Assembly (NCBI GenBank): GCA_033765285.1
Contig: JANRIE010000059.1
Location: forward strand, 79,692 to 143,691
DNA length: 64,000 bases
DNA from: Hyphomicrobiaceae bacterium
Lineage (GTDB): Bacteria; Pseudomonadota; Alphaproteobacteria; Rhizobiales; Hyphomicrobiaceae
Reading direction: 5' to 3'
Shown: positions 39,311 through 49,376 of the stretch, in pieces
How positions within the stretch are numbered: position 1 is the stretch's first letter
Layout: every line of letters begins with the position of its first letter
Translations under genes and position numbers: made by a program
Notes under the pieces: model-generated
The model's input: only the letters and a program-made list of their open reading frames with translations
What the model was told of the DNA's origin: nothing
Database searches by the model: none

Positions 39311-40648
39311 TCAACGGAGCAGCCATAAGGCGAAGCGCCGACGCTCGTGCCAAGCCAATGATGCCACCAGAATGACCAGCGGGAGCCCGTAGACGAGGGC
39401 GTAGACGTGGGTCCAGGTCAGTCCGTCAGGGTGGCGCGGCAGATAGAGGCACACGCAGAGGACCGACAGAGCCACGACCGCGGGATGGGGCGCGCGCACG
39501 ACGAGTATTGTCAGCAAGGCGAAATACCAGGGATAGTGCGGTGACGGCAGCGTGACGATCAGTGTGCCGAGGAGCAGCAGGGCGTGGGGGCGCAGGCCGT
39601 CTGACCGCTGTGTGAGCAGGACCCACAAGCCCGCGCCAGCCAGGACGGTCGCAGCCGCGATGGCGTAGTGCCAGCCGCTGGGGTCGGCCAGCGCGAAATC
39701 GCGCAGCAGCCAGACGACGTGGAAACCCCAGCCCGCCACATAGCCCTCGTTGTCGAGGTGCTGGCCGAGGTAGCCGGCGACGCCGGCACCGGCCACAGTT
39801 ACGTGCGGTGCGTAGAGGATCAGCGCCGTCATGACGAGGGCCACCGGCATCCGCCAGTCCCCACGTCGCCACAGCGCGGGCAGAAGGGCCAACGGCAGGA
39901 CTTTCACCAACCCTGCGGCCGCCAGCGCAGCACCGCTCCAGCCTTGCCTGTGGCAGGCGGCAGCCCAGATCGCCAGGGCGAGAAACGCCAAGGCGGCAGC
40001 GTCCAAATGGGCCTGGCTCGTCAATTCCCATATCGGCAGCGGGTGCCATGCGTAAATCAGGATGCGCGAGGGCGGCAATCGGCTCGCGCGCAGCCACCCG
40101 AGCAACGCCACGACAATCACCGCCTCGGAGAGACACATGACGGCGCGCATGCCTGCAATGCCATCCGACAGCCAGACGCCCGCCATGAAGACCAGTTGGG
40201 CCGCTGGCGGATAGATGGTCACCGCCCGCTCTTTCTGGTTGATGAATGGATAGATGGCAGCATCTCGAAGGTGCGAAAGCCGTTCGTCGGCGGGAACAAA
40301 CACGTAAGGGCTGATACCTTCCCACATCAGCCGCCCATCCCAGACGTAGCGATAGGCGTCCGTCGAGAGGGCCAGCGGTGAGTTGAGCGAAATGGCGCGC
40401 AGGACGACGGCGACCAGCAAGATCAGCCAGACCGGTGGCGCAGATTCCGCATTTCGAATCATCCACCAGACGGCCGCGCCGTACAGCGCGCCGTGGGTCA
40501 GAAACAGATAGACGAACTCGCCTATGCGTCCGCTGCCGAGGGCGGCCGATCCTAGCGCGCTGAGGAGTATCAGTCCTGCCGCAGCGAGCCAGAATACGGC
40601 GGGGGCCTCCATCATCGGTCGTCTGGCCGGCGGACAACTCAATTCCAT
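39311..40648 (-). CDS. GT-C-fold membrane glycosyltransferase, DUF2029/GT87-like
   Basis: 445-aa polytopic protein. LSTDAYRYVWDGRLMWEGISPY is the characteristic first-loop Asp/Tyr motif. The start may be further in (MMEAPAVFW at about 40615). Confidence 0.6.
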   Translation of the reverse strand: MELSCPPARRPMMEAPAVFWLAAAGLILLSALGSAALGSGRIGEFVYLFLTHGALYGAAVWWMIRNAESAPPVWLILLVAVVLRAISLNSPLALSTDAYRYVWDGRLMWEGISPYVFVPADERLSHLRDAAIYPFINQKERAVTIYPPAAQLVFMAGVWLSDGIAGMRAVMCLSEAVIVVALLGWLRASRLPPSRILIYAWHPLPIWELTSQAHLDAAALAFLALAIWAAACHRQGWSGAALAAAGLVKVLPLALLPALWRRGDWRMPVALVMTALILYAPHVTVAGAGVAGYLGQHLDNEGYVAGWGFHVVWLLRDFALADPSGWHYAIAAATVLAGAGLWVLLTQRSDGLRPHALLLLGTLIVTLPSPHYPWYFALLTILVVRAPHPAVVALSVLCVCLYLPRHPDGLTWTHVYALVYGLPLVILVASLAWHERRRFALWLLR

Positions 40649-41095
40649 GAGGTGCGGCTCTGCAATTCTATCTGCCCGAGGTGCGACATTGCGTCCACTT
40701 TTGGCGGGTCATTGGAGCGTTTGGCGATCCTAATAGCCTATTTTTCGGCCGCTATTGCCTTTGGTGCCGTCACATCGGGGTCATAAGTATTTTACGTATT
40801 GTCGGAGATGCCGCACCGCACAACTTATGCCACTCGTGATATGACTTCGAGCACGTCTGTGTCCGGCCGCTCCCAAAGAATAGGCCGCCAGGACGTCAAG
40901 CCGGGGGGGTATAGACCAACGCCAGTTGGTCCGCGGGAGCCAGTTGACGTCACGGTCCTGACCAAATCACCGTGCAATGAAACCTACTGGGTGGTGTGAG
41001 CGTTAGAACCTCCATCCTGTCTGGGGCAGTGCACCGGTCGAAGCGACGATGACCGTTTAGACGCACGACATACCCCGGCATTTCCGTTGGAGATC

Positions 41096-41734
41096 ATGAT
41101 GAGATCAAGTGCGGTTAAGTCCACGATGTTGGACATTGACTGGTCGGTTCAGACTGTCCTGCCTATCGAGTTCCATGGCCGCGAGCTCACGCTCGAGGCG
41201 CGGGCTTACCAGGGCCAGGACCCCAACAGCCAGGCCATGGCTTTGATCAATCGCGGCGTCGGGGCGGACGCTGCGGCAACGCCGATCGTGCGCGTCCATT
41301 CGGGCTGCGTCACCGGCGATATTTTCCACTCGCTGCGCTGCGACTGCTATCGGCAGCTCCAAGCGGCGATGCATGTGATCGTCGATTCGCCGAACGGCGT
41401 GCTGCTCTACCTGCCCTATCACGAGGGGCGTGGAATTGGCCTTGTGAACAAGATCAGGGCTTATGCGCTGCAGGACCGCGGCCTCGACACCGTCGACGCG
41501 AACGTCGAGATCGGGGCACCGATCGACGCGCGCGAATATGGGCTGGCTGCCGATATCCTGTATGATCTGGGCTTTCCCGAGATCAAGCTGCTCAGCAACA
41601 ACCCGGCGAAGGTCGAGGCGTTGCGCGCCGAGGGCATCAAGGTCGTCGAGCAGGTGCCGGTCGTCACCGAGCCGCACCTCTACAACAAGCGCTACCTCGA
41701 GACCAAGCGCGTACGCATGGCGCACAAGCTCTAA
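41096..41734 (+). CDS. ribA: stand-alone GTP cyclohydrolase II
   Basis: VRVHSGCVTGDIFHSLRCDCYRQL (intact Zn Cys triad), HEGRGIGLVNKIRAYALQD and LLSNNPAKV. Candidate starts at 41087 (TTG), 41096 or 41099. Confidence 0.9.
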   Translation: MMRSSAVKSTMLDIDWSVQTVLPIEFHGRELTLEARAYQGQDPNSQAMALINRGVGADAAATPIVRVHSGCVTGDIFHSLRCDCYRQLQAAMHVIVDSPNGVLLYLPYHEGRGIGLVNKIRAYALQDRGLDTVDANVEIGAPIDAREYGLAADILYDLGFPEIKLLSNNPAKVEALRAEGIKVVEQVPVVTEPHLYNKRYLETKRVRMAHKL

Positions 41735-41934
41735 GCGCCAGTTCTGGGCAATCACATCAAAGGCCGTTGCCCGCTATCGGGCAGCGGCCTTTGTTTTGTC
41801 GATTGGGGCGTCAGAGTAGGCCATGAGCTTTGGAGCCGGCCTTCGCTGGCGCACAGGTACGGGCCGACCGTCCAGGACCACCGACATCACCGACATCATG
41901 GCGTCGCCAGCGTCGCGTCCGCCGGCGTCGGTTA

Positions 41935-43704
41935 TCAGGCAGCGGTGCGCGCCACGTCGGATCGCTTTGGCACCGTGAAACCGCCCTCAGCGACCATTTG
42001 TGCGAACAAGCCACCTTGCGCGACGAGGTCGTCGTAGCCGCCCCGCTCGACGATGAGGCCCTTGTCGAGGACGAGGATCTGGTCGGCGTCGGCGACCGTC
42101 GACAAACGGTGGGCAATCACAAAGGTCGTGCGGCCTTCCCTCAGCGCGTCGATCGCCCGCTTGATGCGCGCTTCCGTATTGGAGTCGAGGGCGCTCGTCG
42201 CCTCGTCGAGGATCAGGATCGGTGCGTCCTTGAGGAACGCCCGCGCGATGGCCAGACGCTGGCGCTCGCCGCCCGAGAGCTGCGCCCCGCGCTCGCCGAT
42301 GACGAACTGATAGCCGCCGGGCTTCTGCGTGATGAAGGCGTGGGCCTCGGCCATCCGGGCGGCGGCTTCGACCTCGGCGTCGGTTGCCTCCGGGCGGCCG
42401 ATGCGGATGTTCTCGGCGATCGAGCGGTTGAACAGTCCGGCGTCCTGGAAAACCACCGCAATCGACTGGCGCAGCGATTGCAGCGTGACGTGGCCAACGT
42501 CCATGCCGTCGATGAGGATGCGGCCACTGTCGGGATTGCGCAGCCGTTGCAGGAGCGCGATGGCCGACGTCTTGCCGGCACCGGTCGGCCCGACGATCGC
42601 GATCGTCTGGCCAGGCTCGGCGGTGAAAGAGAGGTCGAAGACGCCTTGCGTGCTGTCGGGAAACCGAAGACTGACGCTGTCGTAGGTGACCTGGCCGGCG
42701 CTGACCGAAAGCGGCCTGGCTCCGGGGCGGTCGCGGGTGTCTGGCTGCTGGTCCAGGATCTCGAACAGATTGGCGATGGCCGGTGCGCCCTGCTGGATAC
42801 GCACGACGAAGCCAGACAACTGGTCGAGCTTGCCGATGAGCAGATTGGCGAATGCGACGAAACTGACGATTTCGCCGACGGTCAACTCACCGGCCGCCGA
42901 CAGCAGGGCACCCACAGTGAAGATGGCGATCATGGCGATCGTGGCAGCGGCTCGTTGCAGGACGGTCAGGATGCCCCACCAGGTGAGTACGGGATACTGG
43001 GCGTCCAACAGCGCGCGCGCCATCGCCCGCAGGGCCTCCGCCTCGGCGGCCAAACGGGCATAGCTCTGCACCACGGTTACGTTGCCGACCACATCGCCGA
43101 CGCGGCCGGACACGCCGTAACGGTGCTGCTCGGCCAGCGCCTGTCCGCTCGACGTCTTGCGCACGACGATCAGGTTCAGGATCGTGTACGCCACGGCGAG
43201 GGCGGCCAGGATCAGTGCCATGCGCCAGTCCATGGCCACCGCGATGGGCACCAGGAAGAGGATGCCGACGACAGCGGACAGTTGCTCGCGCAGCGCACTC
43301 AGCCATAGCCAGAACAGTTCGTCAGTGCCGCGCTGCACGGCTGATATCACGGCACCGGAGCCACGGCGGGCATGGTAGCTGAGGGGCAGGGTGATGGCCT
43401 GTTCGAAGGCATCGGCCAGGACGCCGAGACGACGGCGATGGGCGAGGCGATCGGCAAAAACGGCCACCGTCACCGAGGCCCCGATGCCAGCGATGCCGAG
43501 CCCCGCCCACAGACCGATCAGCGGCAGTGCCTCACCACCGCGTGCAATGGCGTCGACTACCCAACCGAAGAGGATCGGCTCGGCGAGTTGCACCAGGGCA
43601 ATGGCCACGCTGGCTGTCACGAGCGCGATGACCAGCGGCAACTCGCCCAGCAGAAGGCGGAGCGCCCGGGCGTAGGTGTGGAAGAGGTTGCTGGTGGCTG
43701 ACAC
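41935..43704 (-). CDS. ndvA: NdvA/ChvA-like ABC exporter (fused TMD-NBD; cyclic beta-1,2-glucan exporter family)
   Basis: From GTG 43704: VSATSNLFHTYARALRLL...AEPILFGWVVDAI...ADRLAHRRR...YPVLTWW... tracks rhizobial NdvA along its whole length. It has Walker A GPTGAGKTS, LSGGERQR and ILILDEATSALD. The maximal ORF to 43929 adds an implausible Arg/Pro-rich leader. Confidence 0.75.
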   Translation of the reverse strand: MSATSNLFHTYARALRLLLGELPLVIALVTASVAIALVQLAEPILFGWVVDAIARGGEALPLIGLWAGLGIAGIGASVTVAVFADRLAHRRRLGVLADAFEQAITLPLSYHARRGSGAVISAVQRGTDELFWLWLSALREQLSAVVGILFLVPIAVAMDWRMALILAALAVAYTILNLIVVRKTSSGQALAEQHRYGVSGRVGDVVGNVTVVQSYARLAAEAEALRAMARALLDAQYPVLTWWGILTVLQRAAATIAMIAIFTVGALLSAAGELTVGEIVSFVAFANLLIGKLDQLSGFVVRIQQGAPAIANLFEILDQQPDTRDRPGARPLSVSAGQVTYDSVSLRFPDSTQGVFDLSFTAEPGQTIAIVGPTGAGKTSAIALLQRLRNPDSGRILIDGMDVGHVTLQSLRQSIAVVFQDAGLFNRSIAENIRIGRPEATDAEVEAAARMAEAHAFITQKPGGYQFVIGERGAQLSGGERQRLAIARAFLKDAPILILDEATSALDSNTEARIKRAIDALREGRTTFVIAHRLSTVADADQILVLDKGLIVERGGYDDLVAQGGLFAQMVAEGGFTVPKRSDVARTAA

Positions 43705-43769
43705 TCTGGCCGTCCGTGTTCTGATAAGCGTGGGTGCCGAGGCGGTATGCTGGCTACTGGACCGCCCGG

Positions 43770-46142
43770 TTATAGCCCAAGTCGATTGCGCAGAGTGCGG
43801 ATCGCTCCGCGGACCGGACGAAACCTGAACCGAACCGTGTGGCGGCCCGGTGGCACGGCGACCGCGCGAAACAGGACGTTTGCGCGCAGGATGTCGCTGT
43901 CTCCCCCATCGACGGTCGCCACCCACCACGGATGCCAGATGTCGTTGAGGACAACATAGCCGCCCGGGCCAGCGGCCTCGATCACGACTTCGGTGTTGGC
44001 GTAGGCGGTCAGCTTGGCGGTCGCCGGATGTGTCGGTGGGGGGGCCTCGGTGCTGGCATCGCGGCTTTCCCGCTGGTGGTCGGTGCGCGCCAGCAGGACG
44101 GTCTGGCGGAAATCGACGTCGGGCAACACGCCTGTCGTGAGCGCGGCGTCAAAATCAGCGAAGCGGGCCTGCGTGGCGTAAAGAACGCGGGGTAAGGCCT
44201 TCTCGTTCTCGTAAACGTACCCGTCAGCGGTGCGCGCGACCAGCTTCAGGTCTGGTGATGGCCGCCGTTTGTCGATCTGGGCTATCGGCACGCCGGTGGC
44301 GATGAAGCGCAGGCCCAGCAGGTCGGCCATGGTCGAACGATAGGACGGCATCAGCGGCGAGAACGTGCGCTGCTCCGGGAGCCCGGAGCTATCGGGGGCT
44401 CCGGTGGCTGCCACATACAGCGCCAGTCGGACCGGGTTGTAGCCCAGCGTATGCTCGAGGCGGTGAGTGAGACTGGCGTTCGGCCAGTGGAACCCGAGAC
44501 CGGCGAGCTCGACGCGGTCGCGTCGGGTGGCGCTTTCGTTCTCGCTCGTCAGCCGTTTCAGCAGGGTGATCGTTTCGTTGCGGCTGTCGGGCTCCAACAC
44601 CTCGTAGTGCGCGGGTGGCAATGCGTTGGAGGTGTTGGGTCCGTTGAACACGGCGATATCCAGGGTGGTCGCAGCCACCAGCAGGCCGACGGCCAGCGCT
44701 GGTCTGATCGGCTGTACCCAAAGGGCGGCGGCCAGCGCAAGAGCACCTGCGGCCAGTGTCACGACGGCGGCTGCCAGTGGCAGGGCGGCTTGTCCGCTGC
44801 GCTCCAGACCGGTGGCCGTGGCCAGGGCCGTCACCAAGACGGCGAGCACGATCAGGCCGGTCACGATCGCCGGGGTGCGCTGAAGCGGTGCGCTTGCCGA
44901 CAGCAGCAAATGAGCGACGTATCCGGCAAGCACCGCGGCAAGACCGCCGACGAGAAACACGGCGTCGGCAGGGCGGCGGAAGAACGCGACACCCGGCAAC
45001 GAGGCATGCAGCCAGGCGAATACCGGGGTGTACCAGCCGAGGGCGTAGACGAGCATGGTCCCCGTCGCCACCGTGAAAAACAGGACCGGCCCGCGCAGCA
45101 GAGCGCCCGAGACGAGACCATAAAGGATGAGAAGAGCCGGCACTGCGCCCAGATACAGGATGCCCATGTTCTGCGCGATGTAGAGGTCGGTGTCGCGCCA
45201 CGCAAAGCTCGGTGGCCCCCAGTAGTCGGCCATGTGTCCGGCCGCGCCGTAGAGATCAGGCACGAGCGCGGTCATCAGCAATGCAGGGTGCAGCGAACCG
45301 CGGCCGGCACTGACGAGGTCTATGCTGGGACGGCTGGACGTCTCGGCCGTCAAAGCGGTCATCAGGACCGGCATGGCGATGATGGCGAGACCGCCCGCGG
45401 CCCCGACGACAAGCGGGAGCACGATGCGGCGGGCCTGGGCCCCAAGATCCGGGCCCGAGGTAACGGCCGCCGCCGTCTGCCAGACGACGTAGCCGAGCAG
45501 AACATAGACGCCGAGCAGGGCGACCTGGTCGCGGCCAAGGACCATGAATGCCGCCGCAATGCCTGCGCCAAGGCCATAGCCCCAGTGGCCGGTGCGCAGC
45601 GCGCGGGCCAGGAGGACGAGGGTCAAGGCCAGGAACACCATGCTCAAGACCTGGCCCGTATGCTGGATGCGCCAGGACATGGCCGCACCGAACCCGAATG
45701 TGATCGCCGCCAAAAGCCCGCCGCCGGGGTGCCAGCCCTGGTCACGGAAAAAGACGATGAGCGCCAGCCCGGCCATGAGAATTGCGACAAAGGCCGTCAT
45801 ATCCAGGGCCCACAGGCTCGGCTCGTTGGTGAACAACGCCAGGGCCAGATAGGGTGGTGAAAAGATCAGGGACTGGGGATCTGCAACCTGGGGGTGCCCG
45901 GAGAACACATACGGCGTCCAGAACGGGCTGTCCCCGTTCCACAGCGCGCGGGCAAGGAACTGTGCCTGCGGTTGAAACTGTGCCTTGGCGTCCCAGGGTA
46001 CCGTGACGGCTCCCGACAGCCATGGCCAGGTCAAGATGATCCAGCACACGACATAGGCGAAGCTGACGACGGCCAGGCCGGTCGGACTCGAGGGGGTGGG
46101 TGGCTCTGGATCGAACGGTCTCAGGGACATCGGCTTTCTCAA
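43770..46142 (-). CDS. YfhO-family large polytopic membrane protein (GT-C-like glycosyltransferase)
   Basis: 790 aa with many TM segments. The N-terminal WPWLSG...WDAKAQFQPQ...WTPYVFSGHPQVADPQSLIFSPPYL is YfhO-like. It lies 65 nt upstream of the ndvA-like gene on the same strand. Confidence 0.6.
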   Translation of the reverse strand: MRKPMSLRPFDPEPPTPSSPTGLAVVSFAYVVCWIILTWPWLSGAVTVPWDAKAQFQPQAQFLARALWNGDSPFWTPYVFSGHPQVADPQSLIFSPPYLALALFTNEPSLWALDMTAFVAILMAGLALIVFFRDQGWHPGGGLLAAITFGFGAAMSWRIQHTGQVLSMVFLALTLVLLARALRTGHWGYGLGAGIAAAFMVLGRDQVALLGVYVLLGYVVWQTAAAVTSGPDLGAQARRIVLPLVVGAAGGLAIIAMPVLMTALTAETSSRPSIDLVSAGRGSLHPALLMTALVPDLYGAAGHMADYWGPPSFAWRDTDLYIAQNMGILYLGAVPALLILYGLVSGALLRGPVLFFTVATGTMLVYALGWYTPVFAWLHASLPGVAFFRRPADAVFLVGGLAAVLAGYVAHLLLSASAPLQRTPAIVTGLIVLAVLVTALATATGLERSGQAALPLAAAVVTLAAGALALAAALWVQPIRPALAVGLLVAATTLDIAVFNGPNTSNALPPAHYEVLEPDSRNETITLLKRLTSENESATRRDRVELAGLGFHWPNASLTHRLEHTLGYNPVRLALYVAATGAPDSSGLPEQRTFSPLMPSYRSTMADLLGLRFIATGVPIAQIDKRRPSPDLKLVARTADGYVYENEKALPRVLYATQARFADFDAALTTGVLPDVDFRQTVLLARTDHQRESRDASTEAPPPTHPATAKLTAYANTEVVIEAAGPGGYVVLNDIWHPWWVATVDGGDSDILRANVLFRAVAVPPGRHTVRFRFRPVRGAIRTLRNRLGL

Positions 46143-46269
46143 CGCACGTACGGGCGCTTGGCGGCAGGACTTCTATCGCATAAGCAGCCGTTCTCGATGG
46201 ATTATTTCGATGCTCTGAGGGAATTGGCCCGGCACCCGGCGGACCGCAAGGTAACGGAGAGTATGCAGC

Positions 46270-47040
46270 ATGGCGATCGTCCTTGGACAAACGAACGGGG
46301 GAGTGTCCGGTTTGCACACGGCACCCGAAAGCGATCCGTTGGCGGTTATTCGTGGGTCCGATGCGACACGACCGTTCGTCGTCGCCCAACTGGGCCAATC
46401 GCTCGACGGCCGCATCGCGACGGTTACGGGTGAAAGCCGTTGGATCAATGGCAGCGCGGCCCTCGATCATCTGCATGCGGTGCGCGCAGTCGTCGACGCG
46501 GTCGTGGTCGGGATCGGAACCGTCGTCGCCGACGATCCGCTGTTGAACGTGCGGCGGGTGCCGCTGGCCACGGGGGGGCGCCAGCCGGCCCGCGTGGTGA
46601 TTGATCCGTCTGGCCGCATGACGCGCACGGCGCGCTGTCTTTCTGCCGAGGACGGGGCACGGCGGATCGTCGTGCGGGCGCAGGGCGTGGCCGGCGTGGG
46701 CGAACTGCCGGCCGGCTGCGAGGTGATCGAACTCCAGCGCGCGCCAGACGGACGCATGGCACCGTCGGCAATCGTCGCGGCTCTATTCGAACGGGGGCTG
46801 AGCCGGCTGTTGATCGAGGGCGGCGCTCAAACAGTGTCATCGTGCATTGATGCTGGTGTCGTAGACCGCCTGCACGTGCTCGTCGCGCCGTTGATCATCG
46901 GTTCGGGCACCACCGGTCTGGCACTGCGTCCGGATGGCCGGCTGGCGGCGGCACGACGCCCTGCCACCACCGTGCACGTGCTGGCCGATGGTGACGTGCT
47001 CTTCGATTGCGATCTGCGCCGGGATCATGCCACAGTCTGA
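46270..47040 (+). CDS. stand-alone RibD C-terminal-domain (pyrimidine reductase / DHFR-like) protein
   Basis: RPFVVAQLGQSLDGRIAT...GESRWINGSAALDHLHAVRAVVDAVVVGIGTVVADDPLLNVR...LLIEGGAQTV is the RibD_C pattern without a deaminase domain. Confidence 0.75.
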   Translation: MAIVLGQTNGGVSGLHTAPESDPLAVIRGSDATRPFVVAQLGQSLDGRIATVTGESRWINGSAALDHLHAVRAVVDAVVVGIGTVVADDPLLNVRRVPLATGGRQPARVVIDPSGRMTRTARCLSAEDGARRIVVRAQGVAGVGELPAGCEVIELQRAPDGRMAPSAIVAALFERGLSRLLIEGGAQTVSSCIDAGVVDRLHVLVAPLIIGSGTTGLALRPDGRLAAARRPATTVHVLADGDVLFDCDLRRDHATV

Positions 47041-47150
47041 CCGGAGCGCTGCCGCCGCGGGTCGACATGACCGGGCCGCCAGCGCGACCGAACAGCGTAA
47101 TGACGACTTCAGGGCGCGGGGCTGGCCCCGCGGGAAAGGCTCAGGCAGAC

Positions 47151-47747
47151 ATGCCGCGCACACCAGAAGCAGCCGTCGAGACCACGTCGGGGACGGTCGA
47201 GGTCTACACGCCGACCGCACGGGCGTATCATTGGATCGTGGTCGCGCTGATCGCCGTTCAGGTGCCGGTTGGCTTCTACATGGCCTACCGCGGCAATGTG
47301 TTGAATATCTGGGATGGGGCGACCAACGCGCTCTACAGCGGGCACAAGCTTGCCGGTCTGGCCATTCTGGTGATCGTCGTGCTGCGTCTCGCCTACCGGC
47401 TGGGTAACGGGGCACCGCGACCGGAACCGAGCCTCGAGCCCTGGCAGGTGGGAGCCTCGGAACTCACGCACTGGCTCCTCTATGCCCTCCTGATCGTCAT
47501 GCCTGTGCTGGGCTACCTTGGCGTCTCGTATTACCCCGCGCTCGACGTGTTCGGGCTGTTCAAGCTGCCGGCGCTGGTGTCGCCCGATAAAGGAATGGCA
47601 GAGACCGTATTCTACTTGCACATGCTCGGGGGATTCCTGATCGTGGGGCTGATCGGTCTGCATGTCGGCGCGGCGCTGTATCACCACCTCGTTCGCGGCG
47701 ACAATGTCCTGGGCCGCATGCTGCCCTCCGCGCTGCGCAAGGTCTGA
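47151..47747 (+). CDS. cytochrome b561-family membrane protein (CybB-like)
   Basis: YHWIVVALIAVQVPVGF...GHKLAGLAILVIVVLRLAYR...HWLLYALLIVMPVLGY...HVGAALYHH supplies the four TM segments and conserved His residues. ATG 47151 lies inside ORF 47007..47747. Confidence 0.8.
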   Translation: MPRTPEAAVETTSGTVEVYTPTARAYHWIVVALIAVQVPVGFYMAYRGNVLNIWDGATNALYSGHKLAGLAILVIVVLRLAYRLGNGAPRPEPSLEPWQVGASELTHWLLYALLIVMPVLGYLGVSYYPALDVFGLFKLPALVSPDKGMAETVFYLHMLGGFLIVGLIGLHVGAALYHHLVRGDNVLGRMLPSALRKV

Positions 47748-47999
47748 ATCGGCCAAGCTGCGAGGCGCGATCAGCGCAAGTGATCACCGACGCCGTTTGG
47801 ACGGGCTTGATCCTACCCGTTCCGGCAGGCGGCGCGCGCCCTTTTGCCTGAGCCGCGCGACGCCTCGTCACCGCTGCCTTGTTTGGCGATATTCGACTAT
47901 GGTAGGCCGTTGCACCGACGACTGGCGGGCGAGGCATCCTCCTCATGGCCTGCGCCGTATCAGCCTTCGCAACTCTCCAGCACAACGAGGAACGCTCCC

Positions 48000-49304
48000 A
48001 TGTCGACTGCCACGGCCGCAGCACACTTCGGCACCAACACGTTTTTCTCAGCCACCCTGGCGGAGTCCGACCCCGAGGTCGCCTCGGCGATCGCCAAGGA
48101 ATTCGATCGTCAGCAGCACGAGATCGAACTCATCGCGTCTGAAAACATCGTGTCGAAGGCCGTGCTCGAAGCGGCAGGCAGCGTGTTGACGAACAAGTAT
48201 GCCGAGGGCTACCCGGGCAAGCGCTACTATGGCGGCTGCCAGTTCGTGGATATCGCCGAAGAACTGGCGATCGACCGCGCAAAGAAGCTGTTCGGCTGTG
48301 GGTTCGCCAACGTGCAGCCGAATTCGGGCAGCCAGGCTAATCAGGGTGTGTTCACGGCGCTCTTGAAGCCCGGTGACACCATTCTCGGCCTCAGCCTGGC
48401 GGCCGGCGGACATCTCACGCACGGCGCGCCCGTCAACCAGTCCGGCAAGTGGTTCAACGCCGTGCACTATGGCGTTGATCGCGAGACCCATCTCATCGAC
48501 ATGGGCGAAGTGGCGACCATGGCGCGCCAGCACAAGCCCAAGCTGATCATCGCGGGCGGTTCGGCCTATCCACGCACGATCGACTTTGCCGCCTTCCGCA
48601 AGGTCGCCGACGAAGTGGGCGCGTTCTTCCTCGTCGATATGGCGCATTTTGCCGGTCTGGTCGCTGCGGGTCTCTACCCATCGCCGTTTCCGCACGCCCA
48701 CGTCGTGACGACGACCACGCACAAGACGCTGCGCGGTCCGCGCGGCGGCATGATCCTCACCAACGAAGAAGACCTCGCCAAGAAGCTGAACTCGGCAATC
48801 TTCCCCGGTATCCAGGGCGGGCCGCTGATGCACGTCATCGCGGGCAAGGCCGTGGCGTTCGGCGAGGCGCTGCGTCCGGAGTTCAAGGTCTACACCAAGG
48901 CCGTAATGGACAACGCGAAGGCCATGGGCTCGGTTCTCGTCGAGCGGGGCTTTGCGCTCGTCTCCGGCGGCACTGACAGCCACTTGATCCTGGTCGACCT
49001 GCGCCCGAAGAAGATCACCGGCAACATCTCAGAGAAGGCGCTCGGCCGCGCGCACATCACGTGCAACAAGAACGGCGTGCCGTTCGACCCGGAAAAGCCC
49101 ATGGTCACGTCGGGCATCCGTCTGGGCGCGCCGGCGGGTACGACGCGCGGGTTCGGCGTTGCCGAATTCCGGGATATCGGCCGCATGATCGCCGATGTGC
49201 TCGAAGGGCTGGCGACCAACGGAGAAGCCGGCAACGGGGCTGTCGAAGAGAAGGCCAAGGGCGAGGCTATCGCGCTGTGCAAGCGCTTCCCGATCTACGC
49301 TTGA
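48000..49304 (+). CDS. glyA: serine hydroxymethyltransferase
   Basis: [38 protein letters not shown]...[16 protein letters not shown] (PLP lysine). Confidence 0.98.
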   Translation: MSTATAAAHFGTNTFFSATLAESDPEVASAIAKEFDRQQHEIELIASENIVSKAVLEAAGSVLTNKYAEGYPGKRYYGGCQFVDIAEELAIDRAKKLFGCGFANVQPNSGSQANQGVFTALLKPGDTILGLSLAAGGHLTHGAPVNQSGKWFNAVHYGVDRETHLIDMGEVATMARQHKPKLIIAGGSAYPRTIDFAAFRKVADEVGAFFLVDMAHFAGLVAAGLYPSPFPHAHVVTTTTHKTLRGPRGGMILTNEEDLAKKLNSAIFPGIQGGPLMHVIAGKAVAFGEALRPEFKVYTKAVMDNAKAMGSVLVERGFALVSGGTDSHLILVDLRPKKITGNISEKALGRAHITCNKNGVPFDPEKPMVTSGIRLGAPAGTTRGFGVAEFRDIGRMIADVLEGLATNGEAGNGAVEEKAKGEAIALCKRFPIYA

Positions 49305-49339
49305 GGTCTCGCACCAGCATCGAAGCGCTGTGGACCAAG

Positions 49340-49376
49340 GAGGCGGCCCCAACCCGGGCCGCCTCTTTCCATTTGC
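49340..49376 (+). terminator. rho-independent terminator after glyA
   Basis: GAGGCGGCCC-CAACCC-GGGCCGCCTC followed by TTTCCATTT. Confidence 0.7.

Noticed and set aside
40799-40999. 66-aa ORF inside the ribA leader as a possible gene.
   Set aside because: It has no SD and no recognisable motif, and it overlaps the nested stems. It is treated as part of the non-coding leader unless translation data say otherwise.
47890-47999. Possible ZTP (pfl-motif) riboswitch upstream of glyA. GACGACUGGCG is flanked by an AGGCC/GGCCU helix.
   Set aside because: The conserved 3' sub-domain (CCGCCUGGGC) and the P2 CCGGG element are absent. Only the GACUGGCG octamer matches. cmsearch with RF01750 would be decisive.
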